From NCBI GenBank assembly GCA_965247585.1, contig CBDFHC010000002.1:61633-125632 (forward strand): a stretch of 64,000 nucleotides of DNA, written 5' to 3'. The notes under the pieces are model-generated. The model searched no databases. It worked only from the letters and a program-made list of their open reading frames with translations, and was not told the origin of the DNA. Every line of letters starts with the position of its first letter. Positions within the stretch are counted from its first letter, which is position 1. The translations under genes and the position numbers were made by a program. This stretch comes from Dehalococcoidia bacterium (GTDB lineage Bacteria > Chloroflexota > Dehalococcoidia > Lucifugimonadales > GCA-2712585). Positions 40,555-50,716 of the stretch are shown piece after piece.

Positions 40555-40583
40555 TTGGCAAGGAAAGCATGACCTGATATAGT
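40555..40583 (+). promoter_or_regulatory. pyr operon promoter
   Basis: TTGGCA, 17 bp, TATAGT. Confidence 0.55.
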
Positions 40584-40605
40584 TACCGCCGTAGAAAAGG
40601 GCCGA

Positions 40606-40646
40606 AGACAGACCTTTAAAGGCAACCCTGTGAGGTTGGCAAGGGA
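40606..40646 (+). promoter_or_regulatory. PyrR-binding RNA element (attenuator leader)
   Basis: CCTTTAA..AACCCTGTGAGGTT..AAGG matches the PyrR binding-loop pattern, directly upstream of pyrR. Confidence 0.85.
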
Positions 40647-40682
40647 CGGGCCCGGCGCAGTGAGCCACCAGGCGAAAGAGCG

Positions 40683-40713
40683 CCCCTTGCCGCACGCAGG
40701 CAAGGGGTTTTTT
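40683..40713 (+). terminator. attenuator terminator
   Basis: CCCCTTGCC-loop-GGCAAGGGG followed by TTTTTT. Confidence 0.85.
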
Positions 40714-40714
40714 G

Positions 40715-41278
40715 ATGGCGCGAGTATCGCAGGGACCGGCGGAGAGCACGGTGGTGATGACGGAGGACGATATCCACCGGGCGCTTTCAAGGATGGCGCA
40801 TCAGGTGCTGGAGCAGCACAAGGGGCCGAAGGAGCTGGTGTTCCTGGGGATTCTAACGCGGGGGCTGCCCATGGCGGAGCGGTTGGTCAAGAAGATAGGG
40901 GAGCTGGAGGGGGAGACGCCAAGGGTGGCCGGACTGGACATCCTGCCATACCGGGATGACATGGGGGCGCCCAGCTTTCGGAGGAACGGCGGCCCGGCGC
41001 TGGGGGTGGAGGTAGCGGACAAAAAGGTGATCATTGTGGACGACGTGCTGTTCACGGGGCGCAGCGCCAGGGCAGCGCTGGACGCTTTGACGGACGCCGG
41101 GAGGCCGCGGCAGGTGCAACTGGCGGTGCTGGTGGACCGAGGTCACAGGGAGCTGCCCATCCGGGCGGACTACGTGGGCAAGAACATGCCCACCGCTATT
41201 GGGGAACGGATACAGGTGAAGCTGGAGGAAGTGGACGGAAGGGATGAGGTAGCGTTGTTCCGTGCGGCCGGCCGGTAA
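40715..41278 (+). CDS. pyrR: pyrimidine operon attenuator/UPRTase PyrR
   Basis: RALSRMAHQV, GILTRG, YRDD, VDDVLFTGRS, DRGHRELPIRADYVGKN; start uncertain. Confidence 0.95.
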   Translation: MARVSQGPAESTVVMTEDDIHRALSRMAHQVLEQHKGPKELVFLGILTRGLPMAERLVKKIGELEGETPRVAGLDILPYRDDMGAPSFRRNGGPALGVEVADKKVIIVDDVLFTGRSARAALDALTDAGRPRQVQLAVLVDRGHRELPIRADYVGKNMPTAIGERIQVKLEEVDGRDEVALFRAAGR

Positions 41279-41281
41279 GCG

Positions 41282-42697
41282 ATGAGGAACAAAAGCGTGG
41301 TAACGATAGAGGACCTCTCCAACCAGGAGATTGAGGACGTCCTGGACCTTGCGCAGGAGTATCGAGAGGATCTGAGGGGTCACTCGGAAATGCTGTCCGG
41401 CTATATCATGGCCAGCCTATTCTTTGAGCCGAGCACCCGGACACGAGGGTCCTTCGAATCGGCGATGAAGCGGTTGGGAGGACAGACGATCACCACGGCG
41501 GATGTCCGGTCCTCGTCCATAGAGAAAGGGGAATCGCTGGCGGACACGATCAGGGTCTGGAGCGGGTACTGCGACATGATGGTGATGCGGCACCCGTGGG
41601 AAGGCGCGGCGCGGCTGGCGGCGGAATACGCGTCGGTGCCGGTGGTAAACGGCGGGGACGGCGGCCACGAGCACCCCACGCAGACGCTGTGCGACCTGTT
41701 CACGCTGCGAGCGGAGCACGGGACCTTGGATGGTCTCAGGGTGGCGTTGTGCGGCGACCTAAAGAATGGGAGGACGGTGCACTCGCTGACGTTCGCGCTA
41801 CTGCGCTTCGGGGCGCAGATTATCTTCGTCCCGGGGGAGGGGCTGGAGCTTCCAGAGCACATCAAGCGCCGAATAAACATGGACTACGGAATGCCGGTGG
41901 AGAGGGTCCGGCCAGGTGACCTGGAGCTGGGGGCGCTATTTGACGAGGACGGACAGGGGGATCCGGGCAGCACTCTGCTGAATGCCATCTATATGACTCC
42001 CAGCCGTCCGCACCAACTGGCTATGCACCAAGGAGACGCGCGGGTGGTGTTTGGCGGAAGCAACTGGCCAATTGCGTTCTACATGACCCGCTACCAAAAG
42101 GAGCGGGAAGGGGGAGGAGCGAGGGCGTACCCCAAGCTGTCGGCCAAGGCGATGAAGCAGAAGGCGCTGGCCAAGTCAATTGTCCTGCATCCGTTGCCCA
42201 GGGTAGACGAGATCTCAACGGAGCTGGACAAGGACCCGAGGAGCCGGTACTTCGAGCAGGCGAGGAACGGCGTCCCGGTGCGAATGGCGCTTATCTCGCT
42301 ACTTTTGGGGAAAAGGCAGTGGCGCCAGGATAGGGCTGTGACCACGAAGGACGGGACCGCGGAGAAATTTGTGGCACCGGTGGAGGGGCTGCGCTGCGGA
42401 AACTCGGGCTGCGTCACGTGGAAAGAACCGAAGAGCTGCGCAATGGAACTGGTGGCGCTTCCCGGCCCGCCGCCGTGGTTTATTTGCAAGTATTGCGAGC
42501 GGGATGTTGGAGCTGCGCACTTCGCCTACAAGGGGAAGAAGCTGTACCATCCGTTGGAAGAGTTGCAGATCCAGTCACGGGAACAGCTCTCGCGGTTAAG
42601 GATGTTTCAAGATGAGGCAGGCGCTAGAGAGGCTGGGCTGAAGTCCGCGGTTGGAAAGAGGGCCCGGGGCGCCTCCGCCATTGAGGTGACGCGCTAG
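41282..42697 (+). CDS. pyrB: aspartate carbamoyltransferase catalytic chain with C-terminal Zn-finger extension
   Basis: FFEPSTRT, MRH, HPTQ, GDLKNGRTVHSL, YMTRYQKER, HPLPR, then C-x4-C...CKYCE. Confidence 0.92.
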   Translation: MRNKSVVTIEDLSNQEIEDVLDLAQEYREDLRGHSEMLSGYIMASLFFEPSTRTRGSFESAMKRLGGQTITTADVRSSSIEKGESLADTIRVWSGYCDMMVMRHPWEGAARLAAEYASVPVVNGGDGGHEHPTQTLCDLFTLRAEHGTLDGLRVALCGDLKNGRTVHSLTFALLRFGAQIIFVPGEGLELPEHIKRRINMDYGMPVERVRPGDLELGALFDEDGQGDPGSTLLNAIYMTPSRPHQLAMHQGDARVVFGGSNWPIAFYMTRYQKEREGGGARAYPKLSAKAMKQKALAKSIVLHPLPRVDEISTELDKDPRSRYFEQARNGVPVRMALISLLLGKRQWRQDRAVTTKDGTAEKFVAPVEGLRCGNSGCVTWKEPKSCAMELVALPGPPPWFICKYCERDVGAAHFAYKGKKLYHPLEELQIQSREQLSRLRMFQDEAGAREAGLKSAVGKRARGASAIEVTR

Positions 42698-43843
42698 ATG
42701 CCACGGCGGGCGTACCTGGTGCTAGAGGATGGGAGCGCCTTCCAAGGGTATTCCTTCGGGGCCGAGACAGAGACGTGCGGTGAGGTGGTGTTCAACACGG
42801 CGATGACGGGCTACCAGGAGGTGCTGACTGACCCGTCGTACGCGGGGCAGGTTGTGGTGCTAACGTATCCGCTGGTGGGCAACTACGGGATGAGTGAGGA
42901 GCACAACGAGTCCCGCCAAGTGCAGGTGTCGGGGTTCGTGGTGCGAGAGCATTCGGCGACGCCGAGCAATGGGGCCAACGATACCACGCTGCACCAGTTC
43001 CTGGCCGAAAGGTCGGTCCCTGGTATATGCGGAGTTGATACCAGGGCGATAACGCGGCGCATTCGGAGCCATGGGGTGATGATGGGGATGATCTGCCTGG
43101 ACTCGCCGGAGAATGCTCTGGCGCGGCTGTCCGAGGCGCCACGGTACGACGACGTTGACTTTGTCAGCAGGGTGACGACGCAGAGTCCGTATGGATGGGG
43201 AGACGATGATGGGAATGAGGAGACGAAGTATCACATCCTGGTGGACGACTATGGATTGAAGTACAACATTCTGCGGCTGCTGGAGCAGCGGGGTTGCCGG
43301 GTGACGGCGTACCCCGCGGGAACACCGGCCGGGGAGCTGTTGGAGCAACGGCCGGACGGGGTGTTGCTTTCGCCGGGCCCCGGGGACCCGGCGCTGTTGG
43401 ACGGCGTAGTCAAAACGGCTTCTGAGCTGCTGGGCCAGACTCCGATAATGGGCATCTGCCTGGGCCATCAGATAGTGGCGCGGGCCCTGGGCGCTAGCAC
43501 TTTCAAGCTGAAGTTTGGGCACCGCGGGGCCAACCATCCGGTGAAAGACATGGCCACGGGCAGGATTTACATTACCGCCCAGAACCACGGGTACGCGGTG
43601 GACGGCGACACGTTGCCGGACGGGCTGGAGGTGAGCCACGTAAACCTGAACGACGGCACGGTGGAGGGGCTGATCCATAGAAAGCTACCGGTGCTGACGA
43701 TTCAGTACCACTCCGAGGCGGCACCGGGCCCCAGAGACAACGAGTACCTCTTCGACAGGTTCCTTGACCTGATAGCAGCGCAAATTCGTGAGAAAGGGGG
43801 TGCGCCGCCTCTTGGTGCCGCAAAGCTCAAAAGGAGAAAATAA
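42698..43843 (+). CDS. carA: carbamoyl-phosphate synthase small subunit
   Basis: GEVVFNTAMTGYQE, SPGPGDP, GICLGHQ, QNHGYAV, QYHSEA. Confidence 0.97.
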   Translation: MPRRAYLVLEDGSAFQGYSFGAETETCGEVVFNTAMTGYQEVLTDPSYAGQVVVLTYPLVGNYGMSEEHNESRQVQVSGFVVREHSATPSNGANDTTLHQFLAERSVPGICGVDTRAITRRIRSHGVMMGMICLDSPENALARLSEAPRYDDVDFVSRVTTQSPYGWGDDDGNEETKYHILVDDYGLKYNILRLLEQRGCRVTAYPAGTPAGELLEQRPDGVLLSPGPGDPALLDGVVKTASELLGQTPIMGICLGHQIVARALGASTFKLKFGHRGANHPVKDMATGRIYITAQNHGYAVDGDTLPDGLEVSHVNLNDGTVEGLIHRKLPVLTIQYHSEAAPGPRDNEYLFDRFLDLIAAQIREKGGAPPLGAAKLKRRK

Positions 43844-43945
43844 GCTGAATCTTGCTCCCCCTGTTGCCGGAAGCTCTATGGTTAGTGCAGGGGCAAGTCG
43901 GGGCAGCACATTGCGGCGGACTCGCTGCACCGATGGAGGCACTCT

Positions 43946-44356
43946 ATGTTTGGGCATTTCCTGTTGGACCAAGGGGTGGAGCTGGAACTTCAGGCGAAAC
44001 TGGGCCAAGTGCTGGAGTTCATTGACCAGGACTTGCCGCACTTTCATTGCGGTGACTACGGATACGACGTTAGCTCCGGTAAGGGCGTTGTAAACGCTGA
44101 ATGGAAGCTAATGGTGAAGCCAAGGCACCTGGGCACGTCCACAGTCCTGGATGCGCCGGTGGGCTATTTGATGCTGGAGAAGCTGAGCGACGACGTGACG
44201 GGCTTCAAGATACCGCCTCGAGTGGAGTGGGGAATCGAGCAAGAGCGGCCATCAGACCAGGAAGTGCGTCTGTTCACCAGCTTCATATTTCAGACGCTGA
44301 ATGCCTTCCAAGACAGGGGATACATAGAGCTGCCCGGGGTGTTGCCGGTAGAGTAA
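43946..44356 (+). CDS. hypothetical protein
   Basis: 136-aa ORF with GGAGG RBS filling the carA-carB gap. Confidence 0.65.
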   Translation: MFGHFLLDQGVELELQAKLGQVLEFIDQDLPHFHCGDYGYDVSSGKGVVNAEWKLMVKPRHLGTSTVLDAPVGYLMLEKLSDDVTGFKIPPRVEWGIEQERPSDQEVRLFTSFIFQTLNAFQDRGYIELPGVLPVE

Positions 44357-44434
44357 CTGTATCCAGCCCTCGAACGGCGGGGGGTCGCCGGAGTCGTTCG
44401 GCAGGGCAGTACGAATCAAGCGGCGGGGTCCAGG

Positions 44435-47400
44435 ATGGCTGAGAGACCTCGCAAGGTGCTGGTAATAGGGTCCGGGCCTATCATAATAGGGCAGGCGGCG
44501 GAGTTCGATTACGCCGGCACGCAGGCGTGCAAAGCCCTTCGCGAAGAGGGGGTGATCACGGTGCTGGTCAACTCCAACCCGGCGACGATAATGACGGACC
44601 AGGGCATAGCTGACGCTATATACGTGGAACCGCTGACGGTGGACGTGGTGGAGAGGATCATTGAGCGGGAGCGTCCGGACGGGATTCTGCCAACGTTGGG
44701 GGGCCAGACGGGGTTGAACCTGGCGGTGGAGTTGGCCCAGGCGGGGGTGTTGGAGCGGTACGGGGTGCGGATGCTGGGCACATCGCTGGAGACCATCAGA
44801 ACGGCGGAGGACCGGGAGGAGTTCAAGACGCTGCTGCAAGGAATCAGGGAGCCGCAGCCGCCCAGCGTCACGGTTTCCAATTTGGCGGAGGCGGAAGAAG
44901 CGCTGGAAAGGTTTGGGCTACCGTTGGTGGTCCGGCCGGCTTACACGCTGGGAGGAACGGGCGGTGGGATGGCGCGCACACCAGCGGCGTTCCGCCAGAC
45001 GTGCCGGGACGGGCTGGCGGCCAGCCCGATCAGCCAGGTGCTGTTGGAACGGTCGCTGGAAGGGTGGCGGGAGATAGAGTACGAGGTGATGCGGGACGGG
45101 GCGGATAACTGCATCACGGTGTGCAACATGGAGAACCTGGACGCGATGGGGGTGCACACCGGTGACAGTATAGTGGTGGCGCCCAGCCAGACGCTGACGG
45201 ATAAGGAATACCAGATGCTGCGGTCCGCCAGCCTGAAGATCATCCGCGCCCTGGGAATAGAGGGGGGCTGCAACGTCCAGTTCGCGCTACGGCCGCATCC
45301 GGTGGTGGAGCGGGCGTTTCAGGGCAAGTGGGAACCGGACTCGCCGTATTATGTGATTGAGGTGAATCCCCGGGTGAGCCGGAGCTCGGCGCTGGCCAGC
45401 AAGGCGACGGGGTATCCCATCGCCAGGGTGGCGGCGAAGATAGCGGTGGGCAAGCGCCTCGATGAAATTCCGAACGCGGTGACGCAGAAGACCCAGGCGG
45501 CGTTTGAGCCGGCGCTGGACTACTGCGTGGTGAAGATTCCCCGGTGGCCGTTCGACAAGTTTCCGGCGGGGGACCGGACGCTTTCGACGCAGATGAAGGC
45601 CACGGGAGAGGTGATGGCGATAGACCGCTCCTTTGAGGCGGCGCTACAAAAGGCGGTGCGGTCGATGGAGGTGGGGGGTCGTTCGCTGCTGTGGGAGGAC
45701 CCGGATTGGAGCAAGTACGGGCATTTCACCGCGGGAAAGCTAGTGTCCGGGGCGAATGACCTGCGGCTGTGGGCCTTGATGGCGGCGCTGCGGCGAGGGA
45801 GGCCGCCGATGGAACTGAGCGCGGAGAGCGGGATTGACCCGTGGTTTACTGCGGCGATGGGGCGGATTGTGGACATGGAGCGTCGGTTGTTGGGGGAGGA
45901 CCTGAACCCGGAATTGCTGTGGGAGGCCAAACGGATAGGGTTCTCGGACGAGCAGGTGGCGGCCCTGGCGGACTTGCTGCCGGACCGGGTGAGGGAGATA
46001 CGCAAGCAGTGGGAGATCACGCCGGTGTACAAGATGGTGGACACCTGCGCGGCGGAGTTTGAGGCGGTGACGGCATATTTTTACAGTACGTATGAGCAGG
46101 AGAACGAGGTGCTGCCCTTGGAAGGGGCAAAGGCGATTGTGATAGGCAGCGGCCCTATTCGCATAGGGCAGGGGATAGAGTTCGACTATTGCAGCGTGCA
46201 CGCGGCATGGGCCATGCAGCAAGAATCGGTGAAGAGCGTGATGGTCAACTCCAACCCGGAGACGGTTTCGACGGACTTTGACACGAGTGATCGGCTCTAC
46301 TTCGAGCCGCTGGACGAGGAGAGCCTGCGGGACATCATCGACAACGAGACGGTGAACGGGGAATCACCGCCCACGGTGGTGCAGTTTGGAGGGCAGACGG
46401 CGTTAGACCTTTCGCAGGTGTTGGGGCGGGCCGGACTGCCCATACTGGGCTCCAGCGCAGAGGCGATTGACATAGCGTCTGACCGGCAGCGGTTCGACGA
46501 GTTTCTGGCGCGGTTGGGGATACCGCAGCCCCCGGGAGCGGCGATTAATTCGGTGGAGGACGCGCTTAAGGTGGCGCAGAACATAGGCTATCCGGTGGTG
46601 GTGCGGCCCAGCTACGTTCTGGGTGGGCGGGCGATGGAGATTGTGCGCAGCGCAGGGGAGCTTATCCATTATCTGAACGCGGCTACGTCGCTGGGGAGCG
46701 GCAGGCCGGTGCTGGTTGACCGGTACATGGAGGGGAAGGAGTGCGAGGTGGACGCGGTGTGCGACGGAGAGACGGTGCTGATCCCCGGGGTTATGGAGCA
46801 CATTGAGAGGGCCGGGGTGCACAGCGGCGACTCGATGGCCATCTACCCGGGGCTGGACCTGAGCGATCAGGAAGTGGAGACGATTGTCGACTACACCACG
46901 CGAATCGGCAACGCGCTGCAGGTGAAGGGGTTAATGAACGTGCAGTTCGTCATCGTGGGTGGAAGGGCGTACCGGAGCCCCAACCAGCCGCTGGAGGATA
47001 CGGGCGAGACGACAGTGTACGTGCTGGAGGTGAACTTGCGGTCCAGCCGGACGGTGCCGTTCATCTCCAAGGTTACCGGGGTACCGATGGTGAATCTGGC
47101 CACTCGGGTTGTGTTGGGGAGAACGCTTCGGGAAATGGGGTACGAAGGCGGGCTTTGGCCGCGACAGGAGCTGGTGGCGGTTAAGGCCCCGGTGTTTTCA
47201 ATGTCGAAGCTGACGGGGGTGGACTGGTACCTGGGTCCGGAGATGAAGTCCACCGGTGAGGTTATGGGGGTGGACTACGAGTTTGGACCGGCGCTGACGA
47301 AGGCGTTGTTGGCGGCGGAGCTGGGGATTGGGGACCACGGCTCGGCGCTGCTGAGCATAGCGGACCGGGACAAGGCGGAGGCGGTGGACCTGGTGCGGAA

Positions 47401-47752
47401 CTTGCTGAAGGCGGGATGCAGCCTCTACGCGACGGAGGGCACGGCGGCGATGATCCAAGCGATGGGCGGCGAGGTGACGATGATCACGAAGAAGCTGAGC
47501 GAGGGCCGGCCCAATGTGGTGGACGTAATCAACGATGGCACTGTGGGCGTGGTGATAAACACGGTGTCAGACGTGGCCTCGACGTTGCGGGACGGTTTCT
47601 ATATACGTAGAGCAGCGGCGGAGGCGCGGATTCCGTGCTACACCTCGCTGGACACGGCGCGAGTGGTGGTGGAGAACCTACTGAACGGCGCGGCCCGGTA
47701 CAGCGTGGAGCCGCTGGACCGGTATTTGAAGGGGCCTACGAAGCGGCGCTGA
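44435..47752 (+). CDS. carB: carbamoyl-phosphate synthase large subunit
   Basis: [15 protein letters not shown], two ATP-grasp halves, [13 protein letters not shown] domain. Confidence 0.98.
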   Translation: MAERPRKVLVIGSGPIIIGQAAEFDYAGTQACKALREEGVITVLVNSNPATIMTDQGIADAIYVEPLTVDVVERIIERERPDGILPTLGGQTGLNLAVELAQAGVLERYGVRMLGTSLETIRTAEDREEFKTLLQGIREPQPPSVTVSNLAEAEEALERFGLPLVVRPAYTLGGTGGGMARTPAAFRQTCRDGLAASPISQVLLERSLEGWREIEYEVMRDGADNCITVCNMENLDAMGVHTGDSIVVAPSQTLTDKEYQMLRSASLKIIRALGIEGGCNVQFALRPHPVVERAFQGKWEPDSPYYVIEVNPRVSRSSALASKATGYPIARVAAKIAVGKRLDEIPNAVTQKTQAAFEPALDYCVVKIPRWPFDKFPAGDRTLSTQMKATGEVMAIDRSFEAALQKAVRSMEVGGRSLLWEDPDWSKYGHFTAGKLVSGANDLRLWALMAALRRGRPPMELSAESGIDPWFTAAMGRIVDMERRLLGEDLNPELLWEAKRIGFSDEQVAALADLLPDRVREIRKQWEITPVYKMVDTCAAEFEAVTAYFYSTYEQENEVLPLEGAKAIVIGSGPIRIGQGIEFDYCSVHAAWAMQQESVKSVMVNSNPETVSTDFDTSDRLYFEPLDEESLRDIIDNETVNGESPPTVVQFGGQTALDLSQVLGRAGLPILGSSAEAIDIASDRQRFDEFLARLGIPQPPGAAINSVEDALKVAQNIGYPVVVRPSYVLGGRAMEIVRSAGELIHYLNAATSLGSGRPVLVDRYMEGKECEVDAVCDGETVLIPGVMEHIERAGVHSGDSMAIYPGLDLSDQEVETIVDYTTRIGNALQVKGLMNVQFVIVGGRAYRSPNQPLEDTGETTVYVLEVNLRSSRTVPFISKVTGVPMVNLATRVVLGRTLREMGYEGGLWPRQELVAVKAPVFSMSKLTGVDWYLGPEMKSTGEVMGVDYEFGPALTKALLAAELGIGDHGSALLSIADRDKAEAVDLVRNLLKAGCSLYATEGTAAMIQAMGGEVTMITKKLSEGRPNVVDVINDGTVGVVINTVSDVASTLRDGFYIRRAAAEARIPCYTSLDTARVVVENLLNGAARYSVEPLDRYLKGPTKRR

Positions 47753-47762
47753 AGCGAAACGG

Positions 47763-48716
47763 CTAGAACTCGATTTCCGTGCCGATGCCTTGCTGCTTGG
47801 CCAGGTCATAGGCGAGCTTGGCGGCGGCAACGTCGGCGACCCCGGTGCCCATTAGCTTGGCGTAGATGACTTCTTTGTCTGACCGGCGGCCCGGGGCGAA
47901 TCCGGCCACCAGGCGACGCAGCTCCCACATCTGCTCCCACTGGATGAGGCCCTTGCTCACGGCGGAGGCGAGGTCTCCTGCCTCGTAGGCGGCCTGCTCC
48001 AGGGAGTCTACGTAGATACGGTCGGCCTTGGTGACGGCGGCCTCGTCCAGCTCCCGGGCGCGCCATGCGGTGGGACCGGCGCCGACCACTGTGACTCCCG
48101 GGGACAGCCATTCGCCGAGGACCACCGGGTCGGTGTTGTTGGCGATGCAGTCCACTATGTCGCTGCCCGCCACGGCGTCCCGGTTGGCGTCCACCGCGGT
48201 GACGGTGATGCCTAATGAAGAGGACATGCGCATGGCGAAGGCGTGGCGGCGCTCCGGGTTGGGGCTGTACACCTTGGCCTGGGTGATGCCCCTCACCTTG
48301 CAGATGGCCTCCAGTTGGGTCCCCGCCTGGGCGCCGGAGCCGATGATGCCGACGGAAGTGGCGTTTTGCCGGGCCAGGTATTTGACGGCCAGACCGGTGG
48401 TGGCGCCGGTGCGAAGCTGGCCGAGACGGTTGGCCTGAAGGAAGGCCAGGAGCTGCCCGGTGTGGGCGTTGTACAGGGATACGTGGAAGGCGTAGCCGCC
48501 CTGAACCACGGTGTAAGTCTTGGCGCCGAAGACGTCTTGGTAGAAGAGGCCGCCGCCCATGGAGGCCATCTCCCGGTTATCGGTCATGATGATGCGCCGG
48601 GGAAGGTTGTAGGCGTGCCCTTCGCCGTATTGGCGCTGCATGTCTTCTATGGCAGGGAGAATCAGGTCCATGGTGACGAGCTGGTCAACGTCTTGGTCTC
48701 TGAGTAGCAGGGCCAT
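47763..48716 (-). CDS. ornithine cyclodeaminase/mu-crystallin family protein
   Basis: LRTGA, GIIGSGAQA, RELD, G...DVAAA. Confidence 0.88.
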   Translation of the reverse strand: MALLLRDQDVDQLVTMDLILPAIEDMQRQYGEGHAYNLPRRIIMTDNREMASMGGGLFYQDVFGAKTYTVVQGGYAFHVSLYNAHTGQLLAFLQANRLGQLRTGATTGLAVKYLARQNATSVGIIGSGAQAGTQLEAICKVRGITQAKVYSPNPERRHAFAMRMSSSLGITVTAVDANRDAVAGSDIVDCIANNTDPVVLGEWLSPGVTVVGAGPTAWRARELDEAAVTKADRIYVDSLEQAAYEAGDLASAVSKGLIQWEQMWELRRLVAGFAPGRRSDKEVIYAKLMGTGVADVAAAKLAYDLAKQQGIGTEIEF

Positions 48717-49042
48717 AGAGTTAGCCTCCAGGGTTTGGTGGGGCGGAGTCTAGCAGCGGGTGCCGGGGCCAGCAATCGGCGTGTTGCCTTCTTTGAGAGC
48801 AGCCGGACAGGTTAACTTGCTCTGGAGCACATGGGTGACCTGGAGTAATATCCCCAGTCTTACCTTTCTTCCGCACCTTCACTAGGCACAGATCATGCCC
48901 TGGTTCTGTACAATAAGAACCGGTACCAGGCATTCGATTTTCTTCAAGCTGGATAGCGTGAAATAGCCGACTTGACACATCAACCCTACGGGCTACAAAG
49001 AGAATAGAATCATGTTCATCTCTTATGTTGGAAGGAAACCAA

Positions 49043-49270
49043 GTGTCGAAGGTAAATAGTGAGCTCATGGAGCAGTCGGAGAAACTCTACGACCGATACG
49101 GCAAACCCTTCGAGCAGGGCCATTGGGGGATGTACATTGCCATCTTCCCAGATGGCAAGACCGTTGTAGGGGATGACCTTATGGATGTGTCTGATCAGGC
49201 CCTTGATCGGTTTGGCCAGGGGAGCTTTGTCTTTAAGATAGGAGAGAAGTCTGTCGGTAAGTGGCGATGA
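49043..49270 (+). CDS. small hypothetical protein (DUF5678-like)
   Basis: GTG after GAAGGA; HWGMYIAI..DG..VVGDD..FVFKIG; ATGA-coupled to the protease. Confidence 0.65.
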   Translation: MSKVNSELMEQSEKLYDRYGKPFEQGHWGMYIAIFPDGKTVVGDDLMDVSDQALDRFGQGSFVFKIGEKSVGKWR

Positions 49271-49617
49271 GTGGGGAGCTGACAAGTTCTCGGTTCCCCT
49301 ATCTTCCAATCCGGTGGCAAGTAGGGGAGCAAACCTATGAGGTAGAGGCACTATTAGATACCGGCTTTGACGGAGGCATCGCGGTGCCTCCGAATATTTT
49401 CCAAGGACGAGCGGCTGACTGGCATCAGCTCTGGACACTCGCCGATGGGCGCAAGGCACAAGCCGCGGTATATCGAGGTACCGTCCAGATCGGAGATTTT
49501 CAGCCGACGCCCGCTCTTATAGTTGCACTGGGCGATGAACATATCATCGGTCTTGGGGTGCTCAACCATTTCAATGTCACATTCGATCACGGAGAACGAG
49601 TAATCGTCAGGCCCTGA
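49267..49617 (+). CDS. clan AA (retropepsin-like) aspartic protease
   Basis: ALLDTGF catalytic motif, TLADG flap, IIGLGVL. Confidence 0.85.
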   Translation: MSGELTSSRFPYLPIRWQVGEQTYEVEALLDTGFDGGIAVPPNIFQGRAADWHQLWTLADGRKAQAAVYRGTVQIGDFQPTPALIVALGDEHIIGLGVLNHFNVTFDHGERVIVRP

Positions 49618-49774
49618 CCACAGCTCGGAACGGCTATACCCTATGAGCCTTTGGGTGCCTGGTGATTTTTCTCAGATTGAGTCCCATCGGGACGCTGAAC
49701 TCCCTTCGGTAGTGGTTGCCGCACCTCGTCGTTTACGGCGGGTTGAAGCTTGTATAGAATGGAGAGTAAGGGTT

Positions 49775-50524
49775 ATGGCGCCGACGATCGACATAGTAAT
49801 TCCGGTGCTCAACGAAGAGAAGGCGCTGCCGCAGTGCGTGATGATCCTGAGCGAATTCCTGCGTGAGAACCTGCCGGACAATCCGTGGCGAGTGATGATC
49901 GCGGACAACGGCTCGACGGATAACACCCGTGCGGTGAGCGAGATGCTGGCGCAGCGGTACGCCGGGGTTTCGTACGTCTACATTCCGCAGCGGGGCCGGG
50001 GCCGGGCGCTGCGGATGGCCTGGCTGGAGAGCAACGCGGACATGGTGGGTTACATGGACGTGGACCTGTCCACCAATCTGGGCTCGTTGCCGAAGCTGGT
50101 GCAAGCGATTGAGGAGGGGTACGACATAGCCATAGGCAGCCGGCTGATGGCGGGCGCGAAGACGAGCAGGTCGTTTAAACGGGAGCTCATTTCACGCTCG
50201 TACAACCTCATGGTCAAGGCGATGTTCTTCGTGCCGTTTCAGGATGCCCAGTGTGGTTTCAAGGTGCTTAGCCGTCATGCGTCCAAGGCGCTGGTGCCGC
50301 TGGTGCGGAACAATAACTGGTTCTTCGACACGGAGCTGCTGATCATCGCGAGCAAGCTGGGATTTCGGATCAGGGAGGTGCCGGTGGAGTGGGTGGAGGA
50401 CCCGGACAGCCGTGTGAAGGTGGTGAAGACGGCTTTGGAAGACGTCAAGGGGTTGCTGCGGCTGCGGTTCGGGGGCATTCCGCCGTTGCCCGCAGAGTAC
50501 GCCGCCAGCCGGGAAGATGGTTAG
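49775..50524 (+). CDS. GT2 polyprenyl-phosphate glycosyltransferase (dolichyl-P glucosyltransferase-like)
   Basis: VIPVLNEE, ADNGSTD, YMDVDLST, DAQCGFK, WFFDTELL. Confidence 0.88.
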   Translation: MAPTIDIVIPVLNEEKALPQCVMILSEFLRENLPDNPWRVMIADNGSTDNTRAVSEMLAQRYAGVSYVYIPQRGRGRALRMAWLESNADMVGYMDVDLSTNLGSLPKLVQAIEEGYDIAIGSRLMAGAKTSRSFKRELISRSYNLMVKAMFFVPFQDAQCGFKVLSRHASKALVPLVRNNNWFFDTELLIIASKLGFRIREVPVEWVEDPDSRVKVVKTALEDVKGLLRLRFGGIPPLPAEYAASREDG

Positions 50525-50525
50525 T

Positions 50526-50712
50526 AGGCTGTTGCAAGACCCTCTCGACCATCCCTCTGGCCCCCTTCCTTGATAGGAAAGGGGAAGGAAATTAAGTGAA
50601 TATCTGAAGGACACCCTCAGATTCCCGGGTTCCGGTTGGAATCGGGGTCTCGGGATCAGGCCCCTCGACCCGTGGGGCTTCGCCCCTCTGCACTCTCCTT
50701 TTTCATCAGCCT
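50526..50712 (+). mobile_element. MITE-like element with imperfect terminal inverted repeats
   Basis: AGGCTGTTGCAAGA ... TTTTTCATCAGCCT (11/14 inverted match) enclosing a hairpin and module B. Confidence 0.65.
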
Positions 50713-50716
50713 CCCG

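Noticed and set aside
48721-49068. 115-aa minus-strand ORF
   Set aside because: No recognisable motif, and it overlaps the promoter and start of the + strand module
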